Source of the DNA: Candidatus Acidiferrales bacterium
Lineage (GTDB): Bacteria > Bacteroidota > Ignavibacteria > Kryptoniales > JAKASW01
Direction of reading: 5' to 3'
Assembly: GCA_035515795.1 (NCBI GenBank)
Contig: DATJAY010000039.1
Coordinates: 142,964-206,963 of the forward strand
DNA length: 64,000 nucleotides
The notes under the pieces are model-generated. The model was not told where the DNA came from, did not search any database, and saw nothing but the letters and a program-made list of their open reading frames with translations. This document shows positions 1-9,427 of this stretch, one piece after another. The number at the start of each line of letters is the position of its first letter. Within the stretch, counting starts at the first letter, position 1. A program made the translations under genes and the position numbers.

Positions 1-302
1 CGGGAGCCCTTTATGAGTTCATATGCGTTGCGTACGCTTCCTGCCGTGCCATAGTCCGCCTCTGCCTTGACATATTGTATTGAAGCTCCGTACTGGCTGC
101 CGTCTTGCAGGAAATTCTTAATTACGTTGGGATAATAGAAAATAAGGACCACTATGTCGCGGATGCCGTGATTTACGAGGAGACGGACGATATGCTCGAT
201 CATCGGTCTGTTCATGATCGGGACCATAGGTTTCGGAATTCTGCAAGTAAGAGGACGAAGTCGCGTACCAAATCCCCCGGCCATAATCACGGCCTTCAGC
301 AT
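1..302 (-). CDS. Sugar-phosphate nucleotidyltransferase (NTP_transferase family), N-terminal ~100 codons; the rest lies left of the window
   Basis: Hand translation of the reverse complement from ATG at 302 gives MLKAVIMAGGFGTRLRPLTCRIPKPMVPIMNRPMIEHIVRLLVNHGIRDIVVLIFYYPNV. This carries the GGxGTRLxPLT nucleotidyltransferase signature. It is missing from the ORF track because the window edge truncates it. Confidence 0.8.
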   Translation of the reverse strand, partial: MLKAVIMAGGFGTRLRPLTCRIPKPMVPIMNRPMIEHIVRLLVNHGIRDIVVLIFYYPNVIKNFLQDGSQYGASIQYVKAEADYGTAGSVRNAYELIKGS

Positions 303-493
303 CAATTGCTCCTTGGTTAAAAAAATCGCTGAAAATATAAACCTCATAGGGGGGAAAATCAAGGAGACGGAGAGGATGCATGTGCCGTAAGTTTGAGTCT
401 TTCAGAAACTTGCGGAGAGTTTGCCGAGAATCTCCGGGAAAATTCATGGTGCACAAAATTTGGAAAATCGTGGCACGATTACTATCTTAAGAA

Positions 494-530
494 AGCCTTT
501 AACTCCATCCGGCGAGGTGGATAAGGACCT
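494..530 (+). promoter_or_regulatory. Candidate PyrR-binding RNA hairpin in the pyrR-pyrB-pyrC leader
   Basis: CCUUUAAC-UCCAUC-[CGGCGA]-GGUGGA-UAAGG. Lower stem CCUU/AAGG, UUUAA motif, upper stem UCCAUC/GGUGGA, and a hexaloop fitting the CNGNGA pattern of PyrR binding loops (B. subtilis CAGAGA). It sits about 75 nt upstream of the pyrR ATG. No strong downstream terminator was seen. Confidence 0.5.
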
Positions 531-602
531 GTCAGCAGATACAACCTTACCCATAAAGGCTCTTTTGCATCAGTAGTTTGTTCAACTCAATCAGGAGTAC
601 GC

Positions 603-1157
603 ATGAGAGTCAAATCTAAGATCGCGGACGTGCAGCAAATGGGCCGGTCCATCACGCGGCTCGCGCACGAAATAATCGAACACAACAAGGGAGCGGCAAA
701 CTTGTGCGTCATCGGCATAAAGACGCGCGGCGATTTTCTTGCCAAAAGAATTGCCGACAAAATCTCGGAAATAGAGAAAGTCAAGGTGCCTCTTGGAACG
801 CTTGACATTACACTCTACCGGGATGACGTCCGGCAAAAGTTGAAACTTCCGGAGCTGAAAAGGACGGAAGTCCACTTCGACATAACCGACAAAAACGTCA
901 TTCTGGTGGACGATGTTCTGTTTACAGGAAGAACAATTCGGTCCGCGCTCGATGCACTAATCGATATCGGAAGGCCGACCACGATACAGCTTGCCGTTCT
1001 TGTGGATCGCGGTCACAGGGAATTGCCGATCAGCGCGGATTATGTCGGGAAAAATCAACCCACGGCGATCAAAGAGTCTATAGTGGTCCACCTTTCGGAA
1101 ATCGACGGAACCGACGAAATACTACTGACGGAGGATGAAGATGGCACAGGGAATTAA
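603..1157 (+). CDS. pyrR: Bifunctional pyr operon regulator / uracil phosphoribosyltransferase PyrR
   Basis: 184 aa. PRPP-binding motif [18 protein letters not shown] and C-terminal [12 protein letters not shown] typical of PyrR. Heads the pyrB-pyrC operon. Confidence 0.93.
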   Translation: MRVKSKIADVQQMGRSITRLAHEIIEHNKGAANLCVIGIKTRGDFLAKRIADKISEIEKVKVPLGTLDITLYRDDVRQKLKLPELKRTEVHFDITDKNVILVDDVLFTGRTIRSALDALIDIGRPTTIQLAVLVDRGHRELPISADYVGKNQPTAIKESIVVHLSEIDGTDEILLTEDEDGTGN

Positions 1158-2064
1158 AAACCTGCTGGGACTGCGGGATCTCTCACGGGAAGAGATATTG
1201 GAGATACTCGATACTGCCCGGAGTTTTCGAGAGGTACTGGAGAGGCCGATAAAAAAGGTTCCAACTTTGCAGGGAACAACGGTCGTGAATTTGTTTTTTG
1301 AAAGTTCCACACGGACGAGGATTTCATTTGAGCTTGCGGAACGGAGGTTGAGCGCAGATGTCGTTAACTTCGCAGCAAGCGGCAGCAGCGTCTCCAAAGG
1401 CGAAACGTTGAAGGACACCGCAAGGAACATCGAAGCGATGAAAACAGACGTGGTTGTAGTCAGGCATTCATCGACCGGTGCCCCTCACTTTCTCTCGCGT
1501 CTATTGAAATCTCCGGTCATCAATGCCGGAGACGGAATCAACGAACATCCTACTCAAGGGCTTCTTGACATGTTCACCATGCTGGAAAAATTCGGAGACT
1601 TGAAGGGGCTCCGTGTCTGCATCGTAGGCGACATCCAGCACAGCAGAGTGGCGCGGTCAAATATTTTCGGTTTGACAAAATTGGGAGCGGAAGTCGCGGT
1701 GTGCGGACCCAAAACGCTCATCCCGAACTATCTGGAGCAATTTTGCGTGAAGACCTTCTATGATATCGATGAAGCAATAGCCTGGGCAGACGTCTTGAAT
1801 GTTTTGAGGATCCAGCTTGAAAGAGAAGCCGGCGGAGATTTTCCTTCCATCAGAGAGTACAGACTATACTGGGGGATTAACCGCGCGAGATTGGAGAGGG
1901 CAAAAAAGTCGGTCGTGGTAATGCACCCCGGCCCGATCAACCGCGGGGTTGAACTCGATGCGGACGTTGCCGATGGAAAAGCATCCTTGATTCTCGATCA
2001 GGTGACAAACGGAGTGGCCGTGAGAATGGCAGTTTTATATTTAACCGGAGTCAGAAGCTCATGA
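1135..2064 (+). CDS. pyrB: Aspartate carbamoyltransferase catalytic subunit
   Basis: 309 aa. Motifs [11 protein letters not shown] (carbamoyl-phosphate site), HPTQGLLD and HPGPINRG. Overlaps the pyrR end; ATG 1141 is an alternative start. Confidence 0.95.
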   Translation: MKMAQGIKNLLGLRDLSREEILEILDTARSFREVLERPIKKVPTLQGTTVVNLFFESSTRTRISFELAERRLSADVVNFAASGSSVSKGETLKDTARNIEAMKTDVVVVRHSSTGAPHFLSRLLKSPVINAGDGINEHPTQGLLDMFTMLEKFGDLKGLRVCIVGDIQHSRVARSNIFGLTKLGAEVAVCGPKTLIPNYLEQFCVKTFYDIDEAIAWADVLNVLRIQLEREAGGDFPSIREYRLYWGINRARLERAKKSVVVMHPGPINRGVELDADVADGKASLILDQVTNGVAVRMAVLYLTGVRSS

Positions 2065-3347
2065 AAATTTTCCTTAGAAATGCGAGGGTCGTCGATCCGT
2101 CAGGCAAGCATGACGGCATGTTCGACATATTCATTGTCGATGGATTCATACAGGAGATCGGAGGTTCGCTTGGGGGAAACCCTGTGAACCACGAGATAAA
2201 TCTGCGAGGCAAATTTGTCGTACCGGGATTGTTTGACATGCATACCCATCTGAGAGAACCGGGACAGGAATATAAAGAGGACATTTCATCGGGAATAGCG
2301 GCAGCAGCGAACGGAGGCTTCACCGGAATAGCCGCGATGCCGAACACGGATCCGGTTGTGGATTCTGCGGAAGTCGTTAAATATGTTCATGACCGTGCGC
2401 AGCAGTCGGGCTTAGTGACGGTCTATCAAATTGCCGCTATCACGGAAGCAAGAAAAGGCGAACGTCTGTCGGAAATGAAGGACCTCGCTGAGGCAGGTGC
2501 GATTGCGTTCAGTGATGATGGTTCGGCGGTAACGAATTCACATTTGATGAGACTGGCACTTGAATACTCTTCAATGTTGAACAAACCTATCATCCAGCAT
2601 TGCGAAGATCATGATCTTACGAAATCCGGTTCCACAAATGAGAGTCCCGAAACGATCAAATACGGGTTGAAGACCCAGCATCGCGTTTCCGAGGAATTGA
2701 TTCTAAGCCGCGATATAAAGTTGCTCGGAGCATTCAGCGGGAGATATCACGCTACCCATATATCGACGGCAGAGTCAACAGCTTGTATATCCGATGCAAA
2801 AAAGCGCGGTCTGTCCGTGACCTGCGATGTCACTCCTCACCATCTTTTCTTGGACGATAGCTTGTTGTCCACATACGATTCGGATTATAAGGTAAATCCG
2901 CCGCTTCGGACCAAGAAAGACAACGAGGCGCTGATCGCCGCATTGAAAGATGGAACGATCGATGCGATCGCAAGCGATCATGCGCCTCATGCGATACATG
3001 AAAAAGAAGTGGAGTTCGACGCAGCTCCATTCGGAATGATCGGACTTGAGACGACTGTCGGAGCCGTGATGACGAGACTTTATCATGAGAGAGTTTTATC
3101 CTTGCGGCAGATTGTCGATTTACTGTCGGTAAATCCGCGGAAAATACTCGGGCTGCAAGTTCCCACGTTTGAACTTGGTGCCAAAGCGGATATTTCAATA
3201 ATCGATCCGGATTGTGAATGGGTGGTGAACCCCGAAGAATTCAAATCGAAAAGCAGAAACACGGGATTCAAAGGATGGAAATTCAAAGGAAGCGCAGTTG
3301 GAATCATAAACGGAGATAAGTTCTATTTTTCCGAAAGGCTGAAGTAG
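2061..3347 (+). CDS. pyrC: Dihydroorotase
   Basis: 428 aa. Metal-binding [10 protein letters not shown] and ASDHAPH motifs. ATGA overlap with the pyrB stop. Confidence 0.93.
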   Translation: MKIFLRNARVVDPSGKHDGMFDIFIVDGFIQEIGGSLGGNPVNHEINLRGKFVVPGLFDMHTHLREPGQEYKEDISSGIAAAANGGFTGIAAMPNTDPVVDSAEVVKYVHDRAQQSGLVTVYQIAAITEARKGERLSEMKDLAEAGAIAFSDDGSAVTNSHLMRLALEYSSMLNKPIIQHCEDHDLTKSGSTNESPETIKYGLKTQHRVSEELILSRDIKLLGAFSGRYHATHISTAESTACISDAKKRGLSVTCDVTPHHLFLDDSLLSTYDSDYKVNPPLRTKKDNEALIAALKDGTIDAIASDHAPHAIHEKEVEFDAAPFGMIGLETTVGAVMTRLYHERVLSLRQIVDLLSVNPRKILGLQVPTFELGAKADISIIDPDCEWVVNPEEFKSKSRNTGFKGWKFKGSAVGIINGDKFYFSERLK

Positions 3348-3366
3348 AATCGGACGGCCCAAAGAG

Positions 3367-3975
3367 TCAGCGGCCGAAATTTGTCTTTTTAGCGACCGCC
3401 TTGTGGAGCATTTGAATATATTTTTTCTTTGGGATTTCAATTGCGCCGAACGTTTCCAGATGAGGAGTGGCGTATTGAGTGTCGAGGAGACTGAAACCAT
3501 TTTCCGAAAGATGCGTGATTAGGAAGGCCAGCGCAACCTTTGAAGCTCCGCTCTTCAGACTGAACATAGATTCGCCGAAGAACGCCGTCCCGAGTGCGAC
3601 TCCGTAAAGTCCACCCGCTATCTCGCTGCCATCGATACTCTCAATGCTGTGCGCGAAACCGAGCCGGTGCAGCTCCATGTAGCTTTCAATTATTTCATCG
3701 CTGATCCATGTTTCCTCCCGGTTGGCGCAGCCTTTAATCACCGATTCGAAATTTGTGTCGATGCCAATTTTGAAGATCTGCTTGTTGATCAGTTGCTTTG
3801 TCGACCGAGGTATGTTGAAATTCTCGAGTGGTATGATAGTGCGTGGGTCGGGCGAGTACCATGATATTTTCCCGTCGTCGTCCGCCATTGGAAAATATCC
3901 CATCGAATACGCACCGAGCAAAATGTTCGGGGAGATCATGCGACATATTTTAGGCTTAAAAACGTCGAAAAGCAA
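3367..3975 (-). CDS. aat: Leucyl/phenylalanyl-tRNA--protein transferase
   Basis: 202 aa. Motifs AYSMGYFPM, WISDEIIESYMELHRLGFAHSIE and GGLYGVALGTAFFGESMFS typical of Aat. The start could instead be the internal ATG at 3939. Confidence 0.9.
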   Translation of the reverse strand: MLFDVFKPKICRMISPNILLGAYSMGYFPMADDDGKISWYSPDPRTIIPLENFNIPRSTKQLINKQIFKIGIDTNFESVIKGCANREETWISDEIIESYMELHRLGFAHSIESIDGSEIAGGLYGVALGTAFFGESMFSLKSGASKVALAFLITHLSENGFSLLDTQYATPHLETFGAIEIPKKKYIQMLHKAVAKKTNFGR

Positions 3976-4165
3976 AATCAGCAGCCCCTTATAATTGTGA
4001 GTGGCCCCGGAAGGAGTTCTTTGTAGATCACCGTATTGCGTACCTTGCTTCTTTTGTAAAGCATGGATATATTTTTGATGTAATTTTTAAAATGCCAAAT
4101 AGAAAAGAAAAGTTGCTTATCAGAAAATTTTTAAAGCAAAGTTTCCCGGTCACACAGAGTTTATG

Positions 4166-4202
4166 AAAAGTGTTCCAGCGGTTAGAGGAACACTTTTTTT
4201 TT
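4166..4202 (+). terminator. Intrinsic-terminator-like hairpin (11-bp stem plus U-tract) in the Nif3 leader
   Basis: AAAAGTGTTCC (4166-4176), loop AGCGGTTAGA, GGAACACTTTT (4187-4197), running into T9 (4194-4202). No annotated + strand gene lies upstream of it. Confidence 0.55.
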
Positions 4203-4235
4203 GTCCCTAATAGTTCTAACGGAGCTTTTTTGTCG

Positions 4236-5336
4236 ATGAAGCTTCACGAATTGGTCAAGAGAATTGGTGATGATCTTCCGATTGAATTGGTGTCAGATCA
4301 GGACAATGTCGGATTGATAGTAGGAAATTATGATGATGAATGTGAGAGGATGACGTTAGCTTACGAATTGAACTGCGGCGTTCTTGATGAAGCGTTGAAG
4401 AGTCATTCTAACTTGGTGGTGACATATCACACTCCTCTTTTCCGGCCTAAAAGCTCTTTCACTTCGTCCGTTTCGAAACCTGACCCACTTTTTGAGGCTG
4501 CGCGCAAAAGTATAAACGTGTTTGCAATTCATTCGGCGCTCGACGTGATTAAAGAAGGTTTGAATTTCGACCTAGCGGCTCGACTCGGTTTGAACAAGAT
4601 CAAGTTTCTATCGCCAATGAAGAGCATGCTTTTCAAGATTGTCGTATTTGTGCCGGCATCTCATTCGGACAAAGTGAGGGAAGCAATGGCGAAAGCAGGC
4701 GCAGGGAGAATTGGGAATTATTATGATTGCTCATTCGTAGCAGAGGGGAAAGGAAGTTTTGTCCCGACAGCAGATGCCTTGCCGTATGTCGGACAAACAG
4801 GCAGGTTTGAGCGGGTCGATGAGCATCGGCTTGAGATGATTGTGGAGAAATCTCTCGTTGGGCCGGCGGTGAACGAAATGCTGAAGGTGCATCCGTATGA
4901 AGAGCCGGCCTACGACATCTATCCACTTATGAATAATTCCGCGGAGTATGGATTCGGGGCGATCGGTGAACTCGATGAACCTGTACCCCTAAGGGGATTC
5001 CTTTCCCATGTTAAGAAAATAATTGGAACCGACTTTATAAAAGTGTCCCATTCCCCGGATGTAAATGTAAAGAAGGTCGCTGTATCTGTTGGTTCAGGCG
5101 TTTCATTTTATAAAGAAGCTGTGCATTGTGGTGCGGACATTTTTGTTACCGGAGACGTTAAGCACCATGATTTTCGAGAAGCGCAAAGTCATGGTCCTGT
5201 TTTGGCGGACGCGACGCATCAAGGCACTGAAAGGTTTTTACCTGATGTGATGTTCAAGGTCTTGAAAAAAACGTTTTCCGATTCAGTGGCGATTGAGATA
5301 AGCGAGTTCAAAACAATAAATGCAATTACAATTTAA
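4236..5336 (+). CDS. Nif3-like dinuclear metal centre protein (YbgI / GTP cyclohydrolase 1 type 2 family)
   Basis: N-terminus MKLHELVKRIG, VTYHTPLF, and a C-terminal FVTGDVKHHD...ATHQGTE metal-ligand region. Start set at ATG 4236, because the track start GTG 4170 lies inside the terminator hairpin. Confidence 0.85.
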   Translation: MKLHELVKRIGDDLPIELVSDQDNVGLIVGNYDDECERMTLAYELNCGVLDEALKSHSNLVVTYHTPLFRPKSSFTSSVSKPDPLFEAARKSINVFAIHSALDVIKEGLNFDLAARLGLNKIKFLSPMKSMLFKIVVFVPASHSDKVREAMAKAGAGRIGNYYDCSFVAEGKGSFVPTADALPYVGQTGRFERVDEHRLEMIVEKSLVGPAVNEMLKVHPYEEPAYDIYPLMNNSAEYGFGAIGELDEPVPLRGFLSHVKKIIGTDFIKVSHSPDVNVKKVAVSVGSGVSFYKEAVHCGADIFVTGDVKHHDFREAQSHGPVLADATHQGTERFLPDVMFKVLKKTFSDSVAIEISEFKTINAITI

Positions 5337-5354
5337 AGTATCCAGGAGATCAAA

Positions 5355-6095
5355 GTGGCTGTCAAGGATAAACTGAAAGCGTTGTTTCAACTTCAGCAAG
5401 TCGATTTGAAATTAGACGGATTATTAGAAGAGCGCGGAGATTTACCGGCTGAAGTGGACGAACTTGAGAAGAAGATCACGGATTTGAAGACGCAGATTAA
5501 GGAGAACGATGAATTTTTAAGGAAGGCTGTCGTCAGAAAAAAAGAAATTGAAAAAGAGCTCGATGAACTTAGAAAAAGGATTGACAAATATACCGACATG
5601 CGCGTTAAGGTGAAAACTAACCGCGAGTACGATGCACTGAGCAAACAGATCGACAATTCCAAGGAAAAGGTTCAGGGGCTTCATAAAGAACTTGAAGATA
5701 TACAGTCGAAAGAAACCACGTCGAGCCGGGACGTTGAAAAGCTAAAAAAGGAGTACGAAGGCGAGGAAGAAGCGTATTCTTCGAAGAAAGTTGAGCTTGA
5801 AGAGCTTGTATCCCTGACTCATGATGAAGAAAAGCGTTATATTAAAGAGCGAGAAAAGCATGTACAGAAAATCGATCGCCAGAGCTTTGCCCGTTATGAG
5901 ATGATAAGGAAGGCTACGAAAGGAAAGGCGATTGTGCCGGTGGTGCGCAGGAACGCATGCGGAGGATGCTACAATGTTCTTCCGCCGCAGAGACTTCTTG
6001 ACCTGCGCCAGATGGAGAGAATATTTACCTGCGACCATTGCGGGAGAATTCTTGTCCCCAACGAAATTGTTGAGGAAACTGCCCGTGAGTTATGA
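5355..6095 (+). CDS. Coiled-coil / C4 zinc-ribbon protein (COG1579 / DUF164 family)
   Basis: 246 aa. Long Lys/Glu-rich heptad region followed by CGGCYNVLPP...CDHCGRIL (CxxC..CxxC). GTG start with an AGGAG RBS. Usual partner of Nif3 genes. Confidence 0.8.
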   Translation: MAVKDKLKALFQLQQVDLKLDGLLEERGDLPAEVDELEKKITDLKTQIKENDEFLRKAVVRKKEIEKELDELRKRIDKYTDMRVKVKTNREYDALSKQIDNSKEKVQGLHKELEDIQSKETTSSRDVEKLKKEYEGEEEAYSSKKVELEELVSLTHDEEKRYIKEREKHVQKIDRQSFARYEMIRKATKGKAIVPVVRRNACGGCYNVLPPQRLLDLRQMERIFTCDHCGRILVPNEIVEETAREL

Positions 6096-6499
6096 AGCTG
6101 ATCGCGAACATCGACGGTGCCTCGTTTGGCAATCCGGGAGCCAGCGGCCTCGGCATAGTGCTGTATAATGCAGACGGGAAAGTTGTAAAAGAACACTGGG
6201 AAAATATCGGGTGCGGGACAAACAATCGGGCGGAATACATGGCGCTGCTGAAAAGCATAGACCTTGCGGAGGAACTTGGCGCCGACGAACTTGAAGTGAG
6301 ATCCGACAGCCTTCTAGTAGTCTCCCAAGTGAACGGGTTGTATAAGATCAAGAACTCGACCATAAAAATTCTTGCGAAACAGGTTTATGACAAGATAAAA
6401 GCCGCTAAGATGAAATTTAAAATAATACATATTCCAAGGGAGTTAAATAAAGCTGCGGATAAGTTGTCGAAGAAGGGAGCGAGCTTTGTTAAGGAGTGA
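6092..6499 (+). CDS. RNase H (type 1, short archaeal/actinobacterial-like form)
   Basis: 135 aa. Motifs IDGASFGNPG, NNRAEYMALL, VRSDSLLVV and NKAADKL correspond to the DEDD catalytic residues. ATGA overlap with the upstream gene. Confidence 0.85.
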   Translation: MKLIANIDGASFGNPGASGLGIVLYNADGKVVKEHWENIGCGTNNRAEYMALLKSIDLAEELGADELEVRSDSLLVVSQVNGLYKIKNSTIKILAKQVYDKIKAAKMKFKIIHIPRELNKAADKLSKKGASFVKE

Positions 6500-6892
6500 G
6501 CCAGGCAGCCGTTCAGGGCTCTGCTTTTGCGGAGTCGTGAGAGGAAAGTCCGAACTCCACATGGCAGCAGGCTCCGGTGCTTTTTCGCCCGAGGCGAAGG
6601 TGCATCGGAGGCGGGGCGACCCGACGGAAAGTGCCACAGAAAATATACCGCCCCGGTTCGATTCGTCGAATCGGAGCAAGGGTGAAAAGGCAGGGCAAGA
6701 GCCTACCGTCCTCGATGGTGACATCGTGGTGCACGGCAAACCCCCTGCGGAGCAAGACCAAGTAAGGGAGGAGCGCTCTCGGGCCACGAGGCGGCCAGCC
6801 TCGTCAGACTCTCGGGTAGGTCGCTTAGATAAATGGCTGCCTCCCTTCCGCCTCGGCGGAGGGAAGACAGAATTCGGCTTATCGGCTCACTC
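6493..6892 (+). ncRNA. rnpB: RNase P RNA, bacterial type A
   Basis: Conserved blocks GAGGAAAGUCCGAACUCCAC, GUGCCACAGAAAAUAUACCGCC, GGGUGAAAAGGCAGGGCAAGAGCCUACCG, GGCAAACCCCCUGCGGAGCAAGACCAAGUAGGG and ACAGAAUUCGGCUUAU. P1 pairs GGAGUGAGCC (6493-6502) with GGCUCACUCC (6883-6892). Confidence 0.9.
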
Positions 6893-6964
6893 CAATTGTT
6901 TTGGCAATACAGATCATCTCGGAAGCAAGTCGCACTTCGGCACTACTGAAAGGCTCATGGTACA

Positions 6965-8659
6965 ATGATTTACAAGTGGAAATTGTCCGAGCAGGGAAAC
7001 CATGAGCTGATCAGCGGCCTTGCGGCACAGCTGAAAGTGAAAGAGGTCGTGGCGCGGCTTCTCGTACAGCGAGGGTTCGATTCACCCGACAAGATAAAAT
7101 CTTTTTTCTATTCGAGTCTTCAGGACCAACATGACCCGTTTCTCATGGACGGGATGGATGCAGCAGTCAAGCGTGTGTTTAAAGCATTAGAACGAGATGA
7201 AAAAATTCTGATATACGGTGATTACGATGTTGACGGAACGACGGGTGCCGCATTGCTCTACATGTTTTTCAGGAATTTAGGAGCCGACGTAGAGTATTAT
7301 CTGCCTGATCGGCTGAAAGAAGGTTACGGCATCAGTACGACGGGCATCGAGTTTGCAGAAAAGAACGGTTTCACCCTGTTGATCAGTGTCGATTGCGGGG
7401 TTTCTTCAAGCAGAGAAATTGCTCTGGCATTGTCTAAGGGAATCGAAGCGATCGTTTGCGACCACCATGAAGTTGAACTATGCCCCGAGGCGGTTGCTGT
7501 CCTTGATCCTATCAAACCGGGCTGCGGCTATCCGTTTAAATTTCTATCGGGATGCGGCGTTGCCTACAAATTTGCAAAAGGCGTCTCCACTAAGCTCGAC
7601 AAACCCCAGCTTCCAGATGAGTATATCGACCTTGTCGCAATTGCGGCGGCAGCCGATGTCGTCCCCTTGACAGGAGAGAATAGAGTATTCGTCCGGTCTG
7701 GATTCGACGCCGTCGCGCGCCGTCCTCGTGCGGGAATCAAAGCGCTCTTTCAAAGCTCGCATATCGATCATACGAAATTGACAACGGGTCAGGTCTCGTT
7801 CATCATCGCGCCGAGAATAAATGCCGTCGGAAGACTCGGGGATGCAAAAAGAGCGGTGGAGTTGCTGGTGACCGACGATGAAGATGTCGCTGAGAAGTTT
7901 GCTCAAATTCTCGAGAAAGAAAATTTGCACCGGAAAATGCTCGACGAGCGTACCTTCAATGAAGCGAGAGATATGGCGTCCACGATGTTGTCGAGCAATT
8001 CCCTCGTTCTTCACAAGGACTCCTGGCACGCGGGAGTTCTCGGGATCGTAGCGTCGAGAGTTGTTGAAGCGTTTTATAAACCGACCATCATGCTTACGAC
8101 TGTTGACGGAGTTGTTCGCGGCAGCGCGAGGAGCGTAGTCGGATATGACATTTTTGCTGCAATACGTGAGTGCTCAGATCTGCTTTTTCAATTTGGCGGT
8201 CATAAGTTTGCTGCAGGTCTCGCACTCGGTCCCGGGAATTTGCAGAGGTTTCAAGAAATGTTTGAGCGGGTGGTCGCAAGAACCATCACCGAGGAGATGA
8301 AAACTCCTGTTCTAGCCATCGACGCAGATCTCGAATTGACGGAGTTGAACGACAGCCTCGTGGAGATTTTGAAGATGTTCGAACCCTTCGGGCCACACAA
8401 CACGAAGCCGGTTTTTAGAACGTTCGGCGTACATCTATCCGACGCTCGAATTGTGGGGAGTTCTCATCTTAAGATGAAATTGAAGGCGGGCGGGGTTACT
8501 TTCGATGCCATAAAATTCAGAAATGGAGAGATTACCGTAAAACCCGGCAGCAAATTGGATGTGGTCTACTCGGTAGATGAAAATCATTACGCCGGCAGTG
8601 TATATTATCAATTGCATGTAAAAGATTATAAGAATTCAGAGAAAAGTTTTGGAGGTTGA
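6965..8659 (+). CDS. recJ: Single-stranded-DNA-specific exonuclease RecJ
   Basis: 564 aa. DHH motifs IYGDYDVDGTTG, SVDCGV and VCDHH; DHHA1 GGHKFAAG. Confidence 0.93.
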   Translation: MIYKWKLSEQGNHELISGLAAQLKVKEVVARLLVQRGFDSPDKIKSFFYSSLQDQHDPFLMDGMDAAVKRVFKALERDEKILIYGDYDVDGTTGAALLYMFFRNLGADVEYYLPDRLKEGYGISTTGIEFAEKNGFTLLISVDCGVSSSREIALALSKGIEAIVCDHHEVELCPEAVAVLDPIKPGCGYPFKFLSGCGVAYKFAKGVSTKLDKPQLPDEYIDLVAIAAAADVVPLTGENRVFVRSGFDAVARRPRAGIKALFQSSHIDHTKLTTGQVSFIIAPRINAVGRLGDAKRAVELLVTDDEDVAEKFAQILEKENLHRKMLDERTFNEARDMASTMLSSNSLVLHKDSWHAGVLGIVASRVVEAFYKPTIMLTTVDGVVRGSARSVVGYDIFAAIRECSDLLFQFGGHKFAAGLALGPGNLQRFQEMFERVVARTITEEMKTPVLAIDADLELTELNDSLVEILKMFEPFGPHNTKPVFRTFGVHLSDARIVGSSHLKMKLKAGGVTFDAIKFRNGEITVKPGSKLDVVYSVDENHYAGSVYYQLHVKDYKNSEKSFGG

Positions 8660-8662
8660 TTT

Positions 8663-9418
8663 ATGTCTGGTCACAATAAGTGGGCAAAAATTAAGCACAA
8701 GAAAGCAGGCACCGATGCCGCACGCGGCCGGCTGTTCAGCCGCATCATCAAGGAAATCACAATTGCGGCAAGAAACGGGGGCGGCGACGTAAACAGCAAT
8801 CCCCGTTTGCGCCTCGCGGTTCAGACTGCCAAGGATTCGAATATGCCCGCCGATAACATCAAGCGGGCGATACAACGCGGTACGGGTGAGCTTCCAGGAA
8901 CTGTCTACGAAGAGATCACTTATGAAGGATATGGACCGGCCGGCGTCGCGCTGATGATCGAGCTTGTTACCGACAATAAGAATCGGACTGTGGCTGAACT
9001 CCGTCATATTCTGGACCGCAACAACGGGAAACTTGCAGAAGCCGGATCGGTGGCGTGGATGTTCCAGAAGAAGGGAAGCATCGAAGTCCCGAAATCCGGG
9101 GTCAAGGAGGATGATCTTCTCGGAATTATTCTTGATGCCGGCGCCGATGACATGAAGTCTGAAGAAGACTATTATGATGTCACGACATCCTCGGAAGCTT
9201 TCGATGCGGTTAAGAAGGCGATTGAGGATAAAAAGATTCCGATCAACAACGCTGCTCTGCAGATGCTGCCGCAGAACACTGTCCGGGTCGAGGGAAAGGA
9301 GGCCGAGCAGGTTCTGAAATTGTTGGAAGCTTTAGAAGAACATGACGACGTCCAAAACGTTTACGCAAACTTCGATATCGACGACAGCGTCATGGCACAG
9401 CTCAATCAATCCGCCTGA
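8663..9418 (+). CDS. YebC/PmpR family DNA-binding transcriptional regulator
   Basis: 251 aa. N-terminus MSGHNKWAKIKHKKA..DAARGRLFSRIIKEITIAAR is diagnostic. Precedes ruvC-ruvA as in many bacteria. Confidence 0.93.
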   Translation: MSGHNKWAKIKHKKAGTDAARGRLFSRIIKEITIAARNGGGDVNSNPRLRLAVQTAKDSNMPADNIKRAIQRGTGELPGTVYEEITYEGYGPAGVALMIELVTDNKNRTVAELRHILDRNNGKLAEAGSVAWMFQKKGSIEVPKSGVKEDDLLGIILDAGADDMKSEEDYYDVTTSSEAFDAVKKAIEDKKIPINNAALQMLPQNTVRVEGKEAEQVLKLLEALEEHDDVQNVYANFDIDDSVMAQLNQSA

Positions 9419-9427
9419 GGCGGAGAG

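Noticed and set aside
105-456. 71-aa (+) and 112-aa (-) ORFs at the left edge
   Set aside because: The region 1-302 is explained by a different minus-strand frame that carries the GGxGTRLxPLT nucleotidyltransferase signature. The listed ORFs are alternative frames of it or of the adjacent promoter region.
4170-4235. Track start GTG 4170 for the Nif3 gene
   Set aside because: The extra 22 codons coincide with the terminator hairpin and T-tract (translated as EEHFFFV). Nif3 proteins normally begin with MKL.EL...I, which matches ATG 4236.
6443-6968. ORFs of 160 aa (+), 114 aa (-) and 82 aa (-) between the RNase H gene and recJ
   Set aside because: The region is fully explained by RNase P RNA, with all universally conserved blocks present. 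The ORFs are artefacts of a GC-rich structured RNA gene.
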